A stretch of 64,000 nt of DNA from Azolla caroliniana (taxonomy: Eukaryota; Plantae; Polypodiophyta). Both the position numbers and the translations under genes were made by a program. The notes under the pieces are model-generated. The model was given only the letters and a program-made list of their open reading frames with translations. It ran no database searches and was not told the DNA's origin. This document shows positions 38,307 to 51,000 of this stretch, in pieces. Position 1 is the first letter of the stretch; each line of letters begins with the position of its first letter. The DNA is taken from assembly GCA_043228905.1 (NCBI GenBank), contig JBHGNT010000003.1:16864001-16928000 (forward strand). The letters run 5' to 3'.

Positions 38307-38819
38307 TAGTTGAAATTATATTTCTATCATTGTACTTTTACATGTAAATTCTCATACATGAGAGCTAAAATGAGTGACATGGTTATCAGGCACCACATGT
38401 AATACATAAGCGCCAAATGGCAAACATGCAATTTATGCATGTCTTGTACCCTCACATGCATCATATGCATGAGAGCATCTATAAAAGAGGGAAGGGGGAG
38501 GAGAAAAAACACGGTTTTTTTTTATTATGAAATTAAGAAGAAGAAATTCGTTATCAAATTGATGGTGTAACTTGTTTCTTAAATCCAAAGATAAAAAGTT
38601 CAATCGATCTTTCTCAATCGTTTAATCTTAACTTCTCTCTTTCCCAATCTATCTTAAGTACTTTCTCGCCAAAGCTTGTATCGACTCTAAATCCTTCCGG
38701 TCCAGAACCCCGGTAGTTCTGCCTCACGATCCATGCGTAGTGACAGATCTTCACTACATAATTAAGTGGTGAACCCGACGTGAACGAGGCGGTAGGAAGG
38801 ATCAAGTCGAGATTAATAC

Positions 38820-41008
38820 TTGGAGATGGCATCCTCAAGCAACCAAGCGGGAGAGCTCGAAAGGATGATGCTAATCGTCGAGCAAATGATGAGATCTCAG
38901 GACAACGATGCGAGCGTGGAGAAGGCTGTCGATCGTGTCGTAGAGCTCGAGGGCCAATTCGATGGAAGGAACGTTACGAAGTTCCTTGATGCATATAGAA
39001 GGGAGATGAATCAAAGGCATTTGTTCGAGGCACGTCAAATCGCAAGCTTCAAGAGAGTTGTCGCCAACAACATCCAAAGACGCGTCATCGAGCTTCAAGA
39101 AGATAAGACAACATGGTCCGAGTTCGAGAAAACGATACTAGCGGAGTTCATGACTGAAGACTCAACGAGGATGACTCGACATGCCCTGATGAAGTGGATA
39201 GAGAAGAAGAATACGAAGATGAGCGTCTCGAGGGTGTACGACGAATTCGACCAGATGTTTAGTCGTCTCCTCAATATGGACCAAGTGTTGCTTGAAGAGG
39301 ACAAGACTTTATACTTCTTGAAGGCCGTGGACATAAAGGATAGACGGGAGTTGGGGACTCTTCTCGAAGATGATACCCAAGCAAATGGGCTCGTAGCGGA
39401 CTGGATCGCGGTGAAGCGGGCATGCAATAGGCTCAACAAGCGTCGCCAATGGGTTGATGACACCGACTTGACAGGACCGACTACCACGGAGAAAGCAAGA
39501 CCGCCGAAAGTAGCTGAGCCGCCAAGACAAAGTAACGTGGAAGAAAAGAAGATTGATGACGACATCATTGAAGAGCTAGCAAAGAAGTTCGAGAAGGTCA
39601 CTCTAGCCAACATGAATCGTCGAGGCCCTAAAGGAAAAGAACCCTTTAGATGCGTGTGGTGCGATAGCATGGACCACATGAGAAGGGATTGTGCGAGCCT
39701 TCGAGAGGCGATTCGACAAAATATCGTATACATAGAGGACAACATGATCTGCTCAAGCGAGACTAGAAGACCCCTACGGGTGAATTTCGGAAGAGGAGGA
39801 ATGAAGAGATCTATGGAGGATGTCGATGCGACTCATGTGGATGCGATGCACTATGCTGCGTCGGGAAAGACAAGACTGAAGCTGCTAGAGCGGGAGCAAA
39901 GTTTTGGGCTTCCGTTCTCGAATATGAGAAGAAAGGAAAAATCACATCGAACGAGGTAGAGCTTGTGGACCGAAGCGTGCAAAGCATAACCGGGTGGTCG
40001 GATCCGGTGGACGACAACACCATACTCGCAGAGGTGATGTGCGACAGCCACGAGGTGTTCGTCGAAGAAAAGAGAAAGAGAATAGAAGAGCAAAGGCCAT
40101 CAAAAAGACATGAAACAAGGAACGCGAAAAAGAAGGACGATGCGGAGACGAGTCGACCGTTACAAACAGAGGAACGAGAATCAAGCCGAAAAGGGGAGCC
40201 GAGCATACGAGTTGAAGAAACGGTTCAGCCTGTGAAGGTTGGTGTCGAAGACCCCGCTCGGAGGACAAGGACCATACCTACCTATAAGCTAAGGTCGGAC
40301 ATAGAGCAGACGACGGACCTAAAGAAGATTCTCGAAGAACGAGTTCTTGATAGCCACGTAACTTTGTCCTTGAGGGAATTGCTTGGCATTACGAAGAAGG
40401 AGTTCCATGACACGATCGTGGACCTTGTAAAGAGAAAGAGACAACAATCGGACGAGGAAGAAGAGAAGCCGCAAAAAGCAAAAACAAATGCCATAACGAT
40501 GGCAAGAGACGAAGTCGATGAAGATATGGTGGACAACCACTATACTCGACCTCATTGGGCACGAGCGACAACGGAGACGCCGGTAAAGATCGGGGAGAAG
40601 AAAGAGACTGTGGTAGCCTTGATCGACCACGGCTCGGAGATTAACCTCATGTCAACCGACTTCTACAAAAAAGGAAGATGGCCAATCAATACAAACCACG
40701 GATGGAAGATTCGCGCGGCAACAAAGTCTACGGAGGATTTGTATGGAGCTTGTCCCAATGTCAAAGTCACGATCGGGGATGTGGAGATGGATCAACACTT
40801 CTTCGTACAAGAATCGACGTCGCATCCTGTCATCCTAGGGCAACCTTATATCACACCATCTCGGATGGAGACCAAAGTGTTCGATAATGGAGTAGCCTTC
40901 GCACGAATAAAGAGTCTTGACAACCAAAGATCGGTCCAATTCCTAACGGTGCGAGCCAATCATGAAAGGAATCGAGATAGTCTCGGAGGCGAATCCTCGG
41001 ATTTTTAG
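38820..41008 (+). pseudogene. Gypsy Gag-protease ORF, broken by one frameshift near 39860-39960
   Basis: FDGRNVTKFL Gag motif, CCHC CVWCDSMDHMRRDC, protease ALIDHGSEINLM...VILGQPY. Confidence 0.88.
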
Positions 41009-44000
41009 AGCGGACTATTGAAGCATGGGGCACAAATAGTCTGAGCAATCACAAGACCCCACAAGAAAGAAGAGTGCGTGGATTGCAAGGAGAAGCAACA
41101 TGTGTCACACCTAGTGGTGCATGTAAACTAGTACTACCCGACAAGAAGCACAAGCGCCGGATACAAGAATTCGAGAAGATGCTGAAAGAAGAGAACATAA
41201 TAGAAGAAGGAGAGTTTGTGACTCATATTATGGAAGAAACCTCATTTAACGACACCATCGGCGAAATCGAGGACGTCGTGGACTTGAGCTATCTTCACAA
41301 CCAACGCGTGATTTCGGTTAACTCCGTCAACATGTACGCTATCATCGATGAATACCGTCGTGGCATCTCGATGAAGGAAGCTGACATCAATACGAAATAT
41401 AAAACGGTGGATAAGAAGATCAAGCCAGTTGCGGTTCCGCTACCGGAAGATAGTTGGCAAAAGATGAAGGAAGTCGCTAACGATCCAAGCTTAAGAGATC
41501 CAAAGAAGATAGGTCATGTCTTCACCAAAGAGATGAAGGGGAAGCTACGAGTTGGAAAGGAGGATTTCCTTCTCCCTGAAGAGGAGCGAATGTTTCGCGA
41601 TATGCTTGAGAGACATGGGAAGGCTTTCGCATTCTTCCCACGAGAAATCGGATGCGCCGACCCAAAGGTTATAGAGCCGATGGTGATCTTCACGGTGCCT
41701 CATGTGCCTTGGAATTTGAAACCAATACTGGTTCCGAGAGCACACCTTCCCAAGCTGATCGAGCTCTTAAAGGAGAAGGTGAGTATGGGAATTCTAGAAC
41801 CGTCGAATGCTCCTTATTCCAATAGGTGGTTCACGGTGCCGAAGAAGAATGGATCATTGCGATTCATCCAAGATCTTCAACCCGTCAACAAGGTGACAAT
41901 TCGAAATGCCGGAATCGGTCCGAGCGTGGACGAATTTGCCGAAGCGTTTGCGGGCCGGTCCATCTACTCCATTGGCGATCTCTACTCCGGATATGACCAA
42001 TTCCAATTGGCGATCGACAGTCGGGACATTACAACCATGAGGACTCCGATCGGGCTTGTGCAAATGTGTACCTTACCCCAAGGCGCAACGAACTCGGTGG
42101 CTCATATGGTGAATGCCATGAATAAAGTCTTGAAGGATTGCATTCCGGACATCACGATGCCATTCTTGGATGATATTCCGATAAAAGGATGTTCGGATGA
42201 GGAGAAAGATGAATCAAAAGATAACGAAGGTTGTAGAAAGTTCGTTACGGATCATATGAAAGATTGCGAGAAGGTGCTTCAAAGGCTCGAAGATGCGAAT
42301 TTGACATTTTCGGGAGAAAAATCCGCATTCGGGCAACCAGAGATCTTGGTGGTAGGTCACTTGTGTGGAGCATACGGCCGGAAGCCCTCGCCATCCAAAG
42401 TGAACGCAATCCAAGACATGAAAGAAGAATGCGAAAACCAAACGGAGGTTCGAAGGTTCCTTGGAGCGTGCGCGTTTTATCATATATGGATTCCTCACTA
42501 CGCTCATGTCGCCGAACCGTTATATGGACTACTAAAGAAAAGAATAAAGTTCGAATGGCGAGACAAGCACACAGAGGTGATGCGAAGATTAAAGAAACTG
42601 CTTCTTGAAGCTCCGACACTAAGGAAGGCCGACTATGCCGAAGGGAAACCAATTTACGTGACCGTAGATATGAGCCCAACCGGAATCGGGTGGGTCATCA
42701 ATCAAGAAGGTGAAGATAATGTGCGATATGCCGTCCGGTTCGGAGCAAAGGTTCTCAGCGAATGGCAACAAAGATATGCCCAAGTCAAGCAGGAACTTTG
42801 GGGTATTGTGTCGGCAGTGAAGACGGACAAAGATTACCTGATCGGGTCAGAAGTGATAATAGAGACAGATTGTCTCCCAATTCTCAGAATGGTCTCGGGA
42901 TGTGCGACCCCAGATCTTGCTATGCTAAGATGGATCGCCTACATCAAGTCTTTAAACCCAGAGATCCGTCACATTGCAGGGAAGAAGAACGCCATGGCTG
43001 ACATGTTGTCAAGGGCAAGATTTTCAAATGAAAGTAACATGGTTTCGAAAGATGAAGATGTCGCCCTCGACTTCTTCAAGATGGCTCGATTGTCGGCGGA
43101 AGACCAGGACACGCAAACCCTCCACGCCTTCAACGAGAACGAGTACGAAGGAGAGTGGTTACTCATCGGTAGATTCCTAAGAACATTGACGGCAGATGCT
43201 TCGTTGACAAAGGAGGAGGCCCTACGAATCCGAAAGAAAGCTTACCGATACTTCTTGAAGGGAGGATTCCTTTGGCGACATCCAAAAAGAAGGACAGGAA
43301 TACCACGTCGAGTGGTGGTAAAGAAAGAAGAGCAAGAGACGCTGATGACTGAATTCCACGAGAGTGCTTGGGCAGGTCATAGAGGAACATGGGCGACGTT
43401 CGAAAAGTTGAAGGAGAAGTACTGGTGGCCAAGCATGTACAAAGATGTACTCCATTTCGTGTCCACATGCGAAACTTGCCAAGTATATTCAAATATATGT
43501 CATCGTGATGAGTTAAAGCCGACATACCCACTCACCATACACTTCAAATGGATGGTGGATCTGGTCTCGATGCCAATGGGAGTGGGACAAATGAAGTACT
43601 TAGTGCTGGCAAGGGAAGACTTGACAAATCAAGTGGAAGGACGAGCCTTGACAAATAAGACGATTTCAGCCGTTTGCAAATTTCTACTTGAAGATGTTGT
43701 TTGCCGATATGGATGTGAAGGAAGAACCGGTCGCTTATTGATGCGACAAGGGCAATGCTGGAGGAGAAGAGCATGCCCAAATTCTACTGGGCGGAGGCAG
43801 TCCGAACGACTGTCTACATCCAGAACCGGATCGGTGACAAGGTGTTAGCTCACGAGTTGTATTTCGGGCGGAAGCCGAATTTGAGGCACCTTAAGATCTT
43901 CGGTAGCATTGCATATGTGCATGTACCGGACGAGAAGCGGAGGAAGCTGGATGCAAAATCGGAAAAATGCATCCTAGTCGGCTATGCTCAAGGGCAAAAG

Positions 44001-44839
44001 GGTTACAAGTGTTATAACCCCCGGACAAACCAGGTCCGAATCAGTCGAGATGTCAAGTTTGATGAATCGGCATCGTGGCCGACCGAGGGGAGTTGGACGC
44101 GCACGAAGCGACGAAGCTCTTCGAAAGACTAGGCGTGAAGCTCTCCCTCACGACTGCCTACAATCCGGAAGCAAATGGGAAGATCGAGCGAGGGCATGGA
44201 CCTATCGTTATAGCCATCGTACGGGCATGCAACGATCGAGTTGGGAATTGGCCACGACTATTACCCTATGCCTTGTGGGCCGATAGAACGACACATAGCT
44301 CGGTGACAGGGTATATGCCGACGGAGCTTATGTATGGACAAAAGCCGATTATGCCCATCGAAAGGACGATCGCCTCATGGGTAGTGATACCGTGGGAGAT
44401 TGAGATGAGCCGAGAAGAGTTATTAGTGGCGCGGATAAGGCAACTTGAAAGAAGACTTGAAGATTTAGAAAAAGCACGAAAGATGATGAAGGCAGCCCGA
44501 GTAAAGAACAAAGTTCGGTTCGACAACACGCATCGACTTCGTCCCAAGAAGATTGAAGAAGGGGATTGGGTTTTGGTTTACGACAGCACCCTTGACAATC
44601 AACACAGTACAACAAGGAAGTTCGCAAGAAGATGGTTCGGGCCGTATGTGGTGACAAGTGCCAATGATAATGCCACATACCACCTTGCGGAACTAGACGA
44701 ATCAAGGTTGGTCGTACCCATTGCGGGAAAAAGAGTAAAGATTTTCAAGAAAAGACAAGACAAGGATCCTGACCTCGATTACCTCGACGATGAACATAAT
44801 AGGCCGGATGAAAATGAAGACATGGAGGAATCTAATTGA
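41009..44839 (+). pseudogene. Gypsy RT-RNase H-integrase, interrupted at 43718-44078 by a copia fragment
   Basis: DLYSGYDQF, LPQGATNS, FLDD, VTVDMSPTGIG, ETDCLP, NAMADMLSR, HHCC zinc finger, VADRGE, NGKIERGH, WFGPYVV. Confidence 0.92.
43718..44078 (+). mobile_element. LTR-less Ty1/copia integrase C-terminal fragment inside the gypsy integrase
   Basis: RKNRSLIDATRAMLEEKSMPKFYWAEAV...FGSIAYVHVPDEKRRKLDAKSEKCILVGY...ISRDVKFDESASW, homologous to copia A ORF 3999-4934. Confidence 0.9.
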
Positions 44840-47800
44840 TCATCGTAGCCGAAATCTCACTTCTTCTCTTCTTGGCACGTACCGGAGGACGTGCGGTTTG
44901 GTGGGGGTGGATGTCGTGAAGATTTTCGGCAATAGTGTGAAAATCCCATAAAACGTACGAAATCGAGTATGAATCACATAGTACAATAATTGTGAAGATA
45001 ACATTTTAAATAGATTTAATATCTAATTACAAAATGATGGAGGTTTCGAATGCACTTTATTACACGAGAAACGGACAACTAAATGTCAAGATATGAGGGT
45101 ATAAAGTTTGTGAAAGGAAAAGAGAAAATTGTGAGATATCCCACATAGGCACGACAAATACAGCTCTCATCATATATAAGGTGGAGCAAAAGATATTATC
45201 TTTGTGTCTATGTGTGGAGCATAGAGAGTTCAAGGTAACTTGAACTAAGAGTGGAGGTCGGCTAGCTACTCGTAAAGGGTTTTGGCCAACCAAAACCGGA
45301 CCGGTGATGGAGCCGGTCATCCGACGGCAATCCGGCGACGGTGATCCGACAACATCCGGCGGCAATTCAGCACCGGTAACCGACAGCATCCGGCGGTGGC
45401 ACTGGCATCCGGCGAGGCACCGGTATCTGACGACGCACAGGTAACCGACGGCATCCGGCGACTAGATAAATAAATATATAAATATATATACATATTTACA
45501 TATTTACATATACAAGGAGGGCAAGTAAGGATTCGAACTTTGCACCTCCAAGTTAAGAGTCAATTGACTTACCATTAAGCCATGCTATTTAGTTGAAATT
45601 ATATTTCTATCATTGTACTTTTACATGTAAATTCTCATACATGAGAGCTAAAATGAGTGACATGGTTATCAGGCACCACATGTAATACATAAGCGCCAAA
45701 TGGCAAACATGCAATTTATGCATGTCTTGTACCCTCACATGCATCATATGCATGAGAGCATCTATAAAAGAGGGAAGGGGGAGGAGAAAAAACACGGTTT
45801 TTTTTTTATTATGAAATTAAGAAGAAGAAATTCGTTATCAAATTGATGGTGTAACTTGTTTCTTAAATCCAAAGATAAAAAGTTCAATCGATCTTTCTCA
45901 ATCGTTTAATCTTAACTTCTCTCTTTCCCAATCTATCTTAAGTACTTTCTCGCCAAAGCTTGTATCGACTCTAAATCCTTCCGGTCCAGAACCCCGGTAG
46001 TTCCGCCTCACGATCCGCGCGTAGTGATGGATCTTCACAACAACGCCACCACTCGGATTGGGTACCAAGAGCCCCTACTCTAACTCTCCCCAAAAATTGT
46101 ATATCTGCCTGATCCGCTCGCGCCCCTCAGCAACTTAACCATCCCAACCTCATCAAAGAAACTGAACCATGCATCTTCTCTCACCTCCCCCATCGGAACC
46201 TTGTCAACTACCTCAGCTATCAATCTCCGCATTTTCATAGCTCCCTTGAGGGGAGGGAATGGGTTCTCTTGAACTCCTCCTGAACCAACCATTCGTCTCC
46301 AATCATCTATAGAGTGGAGCCTCGTTTGCACCAGCTTTCCCCGTGTTAGGCCCTTAAGTTGCCCTAACATCATGTCATCACTTGTTCACACATGAGGGTT
46401 CCAAAATAATGGTTGTCTAGTCCACTCGATTAGTGTTTTCGGGGTGTGCTTGACCAAATGATGTCGTATGTGACACCATGCCCGCAAGATGGAGTTCGTA
46501 ACTTTGTCCTCTGGTTGACAAGCCATCTTGGGTGGGACTCCGCTCGTGCAACACTAGTTCAAGGAGTCAGGCCAAGGCCTACCATACTTGGGAGTCCCTG
46601 CTTGCAACCTGTTGCGAAGTAGTACCTTCCAACACCCCTTACCTGGTAGGAGGCATCGAACCACGATTTTGGCTAACAATGCTCGGCTCTACATTAAGGG
46701 GTCTATGAGGCCAAGCCCCCCTTTGGCCTGCGGCTGTGCTAACCAATGCCATCACACTCTGGCGACAACCATCGGGTTGTGCTTACCTAACCATATAAAC
46801 CCCCTGATGGCAACCTTAATCGTGTGCAAACTTGTAGGGTCCATAATCCAACATGAAACAGAGTGCCACATGGTGGTGAGCATCACTTGGTTCGCAATAA
46901 GGACCCTACCAGCGAAGGATAATTTAGATCTACTCCATTGGTTCAACTTCCTGCTTATTTTGGCTTGCACATGGGATAATTGTGCTTGGGTCTCGGCCTG
47001 TCGTTCCTAACCCGCTTCAAATAGTTCCCGTGATACATTTTGGCTCCTACACGGTTGCGCATCCTGCATCCCTCTATCCTAGAGAGTCGTCACCCAAACT
47101 AGGTGATGGTCTACTTATATTACCCTTCCCTTTGCCCTTGATCTGCTCGTCTGGATCCACGATTTCACTAATATGAGGTCACCACCATGTTCACGTTCCA
47201 TCGTGAGGGGGGCCTTTGTCAACATCTCCTCCGGGGTGGACAGTACAAGTTGTGGTTGCATCTCCATCGGGGTAGAGAACACGAGCTCAGGATCTCATGG
47301 GGGAAGGGACAAGGAGTCACATGGGGACAACGTTGTTGCCAACACTTCTGGGTCGCCATCCCCTAGTCCTTGGAGCAATGTAGCCCTCACTTGTAGGTCG
47401 TGTGCCTCCACACTCCCTGAGAGGATCTTCACTCGTTTCAAGGGTTGTTCATCCACGCTTGCTGGTAACAAGGTAGCGGGACTTCTTTCTAAGGGACGGC
47501 TTTGAGAGAGGGGGGGGAGAGGCTACACCTAGGCTTCCAAGTTTCCCCTTCTTCTTAATGGGTTGCCAAGGAGCCTCATTACCCTTGGTTGACACGACCT
47601 TCCCCGAGGTTCGAGATCCCAAGCTTCCCTTTCCAATCTTACGAGGACATTCCTTAGCTAGGCGTCCTTTCTATTTGCAGATGAAGCACTCCCCAAGGAG
47701 TTCCTCATAAACCACTTTCACCATTGTGAGACCTAGCTCCTCAAAGTAGAGCCTAATACTTGTTGGAAGTCCATGGAGGGAAGGCACTAAGATGCCCAAC

Positions 47801-48079
47801 TTGGGCACCTCCGCTATTGTATCTGCCATGGACATTTTTTGAGGGTAAATCGTCCCTATTTGTTCGCTAAGAAAAGGGAGCAGATGGCACAAGTGGGGAG
47901 GGAGGCTAGGAAATGTTGCGGTGATCACCCTAGGGTTGTTAAGTTTCCGTAACTCCTCAATTGGATTGAACCCTGGTGACCACGGCTGGAGCAACACCTT
48001 GCCGTACTTCAATTCAAGTACCTTGAGCTCTACCAATGGTTTTTGCACTATAGTCCCTTACAAGATTAAACAAAACATG

Positions 48080-51000
48080 GTTGTCCGTTAGCACCATTTC
48101 TTTTTATTTTATTTGGGGAAGCTTTATCAGCTTTTCTTTGATCCTCGATGGCGGGCATCCAAGGTGTCGAATACAAATGTATAATGGACGTATTCACACT
48201 ATCCTCTTAGAGAGCCCAAGTTCGGGCTATTTCTGTAAATAACATAAAGGGCAGTTGCCCTAAGTGAGTCACTATATAAAGTGACTTTGTAACCTTTTGT
48301 AAAGGTTGGTTGTTCATTGTTGTAACGGTTGCCCCTTTATGAATATAGATATATTCTTTGTGTCTCTCTCTCTCTCTCTCTCCCTGTACGTAATTTGTTC
48401 TTGCCTCTCTCATACGCAGGTATTTCTTCCTCACAGATTCATAATGTGTGATCTCTTCCGCACTGACGGCCTTGTTCATTCCCAACATTTGGTATCAGAG
48501 CTTGGATGTCCTTCATCCCGCTGTCGGCCGCCATTCGAATCTTTGGATCACAACATTCTGTTTTTTTTTGTTTTGTATTTGAAGAAACAGAGAAGAGAGA
48601 AGAAGAAGAAAAACAAGGCTTGCATCTCATCGCGTTAGATCATCTTCTCTTGGAGTAAGCCAGCCGGCTGTACTCTGTTCCTCGTGATTGTAACCGCTCG
48701 AGGTGAAATCCCCTTGTGCAACATTGACACGATCGTGCCCCACTCGGTTAAACGGCATCCGAACAGGTCACCAAACGCTACTCGCCGACCGTTGTAACCA
48801 CTCGGTGCAGATCAGTCTCAAGACAACAACCCCAATTCGTGCTTCATCCGGCTGATCGACATTCGGGAGGATCAATTGGATCCGTCTCTCTCGTCGCTGC
48901 AGTCACCCGAAGCAGAATCAGTCCAGACAATCGGTTTCAATAATCGACATTTGGCATATATATTCGGAAGTGAACCGGGCTCACTCCGACTCGGTAACAT
49001 TCAGGAAGACCAGTCGGTTCTGTCCCTCGAGTTACCGGAGTCAATTTGAGCAAGTTCAACAATACATATATCCGAAACCGAACCGACTCGGGTTCAAATC
49101 CGACTAGAACGATATCGGGTGAGCCGACCGGTTGCACTCCAACAAGGTTCGTAGTCAACTCCGAACCGAGCTTCGTCAACCGAAACCGAATCTGATGGCA
49201 TCAACATCCGGCTCATCGGAAATGAGTCTAAGGAGGTTCGACGGTTCGAACTTCAATTTTTGGAAGGAGCAAATGCAGGACTATCTTATAGTCAAGGGTC
49301 AGATCAATCCGATTAAGAATGAAACTGCTCCAGAAATATACAAGGCAAATGAGTGGCAGAAGCTGGACAGAATCGTCTGCGCCACAATTCGGATGCACCT
49401 GTCGGAGTCAGTGTACTTCACAGTGCAATCGTGCACGACAGCCTTCGAACTTTGGAAGAAGCTGTCGGAAACCTACGAAAAGAAGGTCGCCTCAACGAAG
49501 ATGTATTTGATCTGGCGCCTCTACAACCTACGGATGAAAGACTCTGATTCGGTTCAGGCACACATTAACGAGTACAAAAGTTTGAGCTCCCAAATCTCGT
49601 CACAGGGGACGACAATCGAGGATGAACTCAGAGCAATGATACTCATGAGCAGTCTCCCCTCCTCTTGGGAAACCTTCGTTACAACTGTGTGCAACGCTTC
49701 TACGACTGCCGTCAAGTACTCCGAAGTCACAAGTGCAATCCTGACTGAAGCAGCTTGGAGAAAGTCTTTCACCAAAGACTCGGCAGAAGAAGCCTATGTA
49801 GTACAAGGTTCGACCGACCGATCGAACAACCGGGGAAGAAGTTCTTCCCGACCGCTGACAAATCAGCGAAGCCGCAGCAAGTCCCGGGAAACCCGAATCT
49901 ACAACTACTGCAAGAAACCGAGACACATCAAGGCCGACTGTCGGGTACTCAAGTCAAAGACAGACAAGCTCAGAGAGCTTATCAGAGGAGTAACCGACAT
50001 GAGGAAGTCAACTACGTTGGCTCTTCAGCCGAGATATTGACGACCGACCCGAACATATTGTCCATAGAGAATCCAGTCGAATCAGAAGTTCTGCTTATGA
50101 CTGAGGAATCGAGCACATGGCTTTTGGACTCGGGCGCGTTGTATCACGTGACACCTCACCGATCACAGTTTCGGCAATATTCGGACCGGCATTCCGACTC
50201 AGTTCGAGTCGGAAATTCGCAGCATTGTGCTATCATCGGAATCGGCACCGTAGAGCTCAAACTTTCGGGTGGCTCTACACTCGTACTACACAATGTCCGA
50301 CACGTTCCTGAGCTCTCACGACCCTTGATCTCAGTCGGACAACTTGATGAAGTTGGCATCCGTGCTGGTTTCTCATCAGGAGGGTGGACACTCCACAGAG
50401 GGAACCTCCTGCTTGCTAGAGGACCAAAGGTACACTCATTGTACCCTTTGTATGTCACACTCAGAGAGGGTGACTTATTTCTGGTAGATATCCCTGTATC
50501 ATCCTTATGGCATGGACGACTTGGACACCTCAGCAAGACCGGCATCACGCACCTATCCAGAGCCGGATACATCCCGAAACTCTCCTTCTCGGACCATCAG
50601 TTTTGCGAGCGTTGCCAGTACGGCAAACAGGTAGCCGCATCACACCCGACATCAGCACCAAGAGAGTCGAGCCCGCTCAATTTGGTCCACTCGGACGTCT
50701 GTGGCCCGATGCCACATCAGTCACTCGGTGGTGCCTCGTACTTCGTCAGTTTCATTGACGACTCGACTCGGAAGATGTGGGCTTACCCCATCAGAACCAA
50801 AGATCGGGTGTTCTCGATCTTCTCAGACTGGCTCGCAATGGTCGAAAACCAGACCGGTCGGAAACTGAAGTGTCTCCGAACCGACAATGGAGGTGAGTTC
50901 AAATCTGATGAATTCGTCAAATTTTGCCGAGAACGCGGCATTAGACGTGAATATATGACACCATATCGTCTGGAGCAGAATGGAATCGCAGAACGCATGA

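Larger units (their letters stand above)
37655..46042 (+). mobile_element. Full-length non-chromovirus Ty3/gypsy element
   Basis: LTRs 37655-38758 and 44912-46042 (TGTCGTGAAG...CTTCACWACA). PBS tggtgaacccgacgtgaa at 38767-38784 (tRNA-Trp). PPT ggtgggggtgga. 4-bp TSD gcgc/acgc. Confidence 0.97.
36465..48050 (-). mobile_element. L1-like LINE, internally deleted and split by the gypsy insertion (pieces 36465-37654 and 46043-48050)
   Basis: Poly(A) tail seen as a T run at ~36465. Post-RT ORF2 segments KLSFAGRVLIANQV and CPLYSSPIETLRYCLWD. ORF1 part at 47671-48048 (QPWSPGFNP, ECFICK). EN and RT are missing at ~47000. No TSD found. Confidence 0.8.

Noticed and set aside
39095-39745. 216-aa antisense ORF in gag, and other antisense ORFs over TE and host genes
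   Set aside because: Shadow frames of the sense coding sequence with no recognisable motifs.
41074-43848. Functional gypsy-copia fusion integrase
   Set aside because: The copia insert is out of frame with the gypsy pol, which stops at 43848, so this copy cannot encode a hybrid enzyme.
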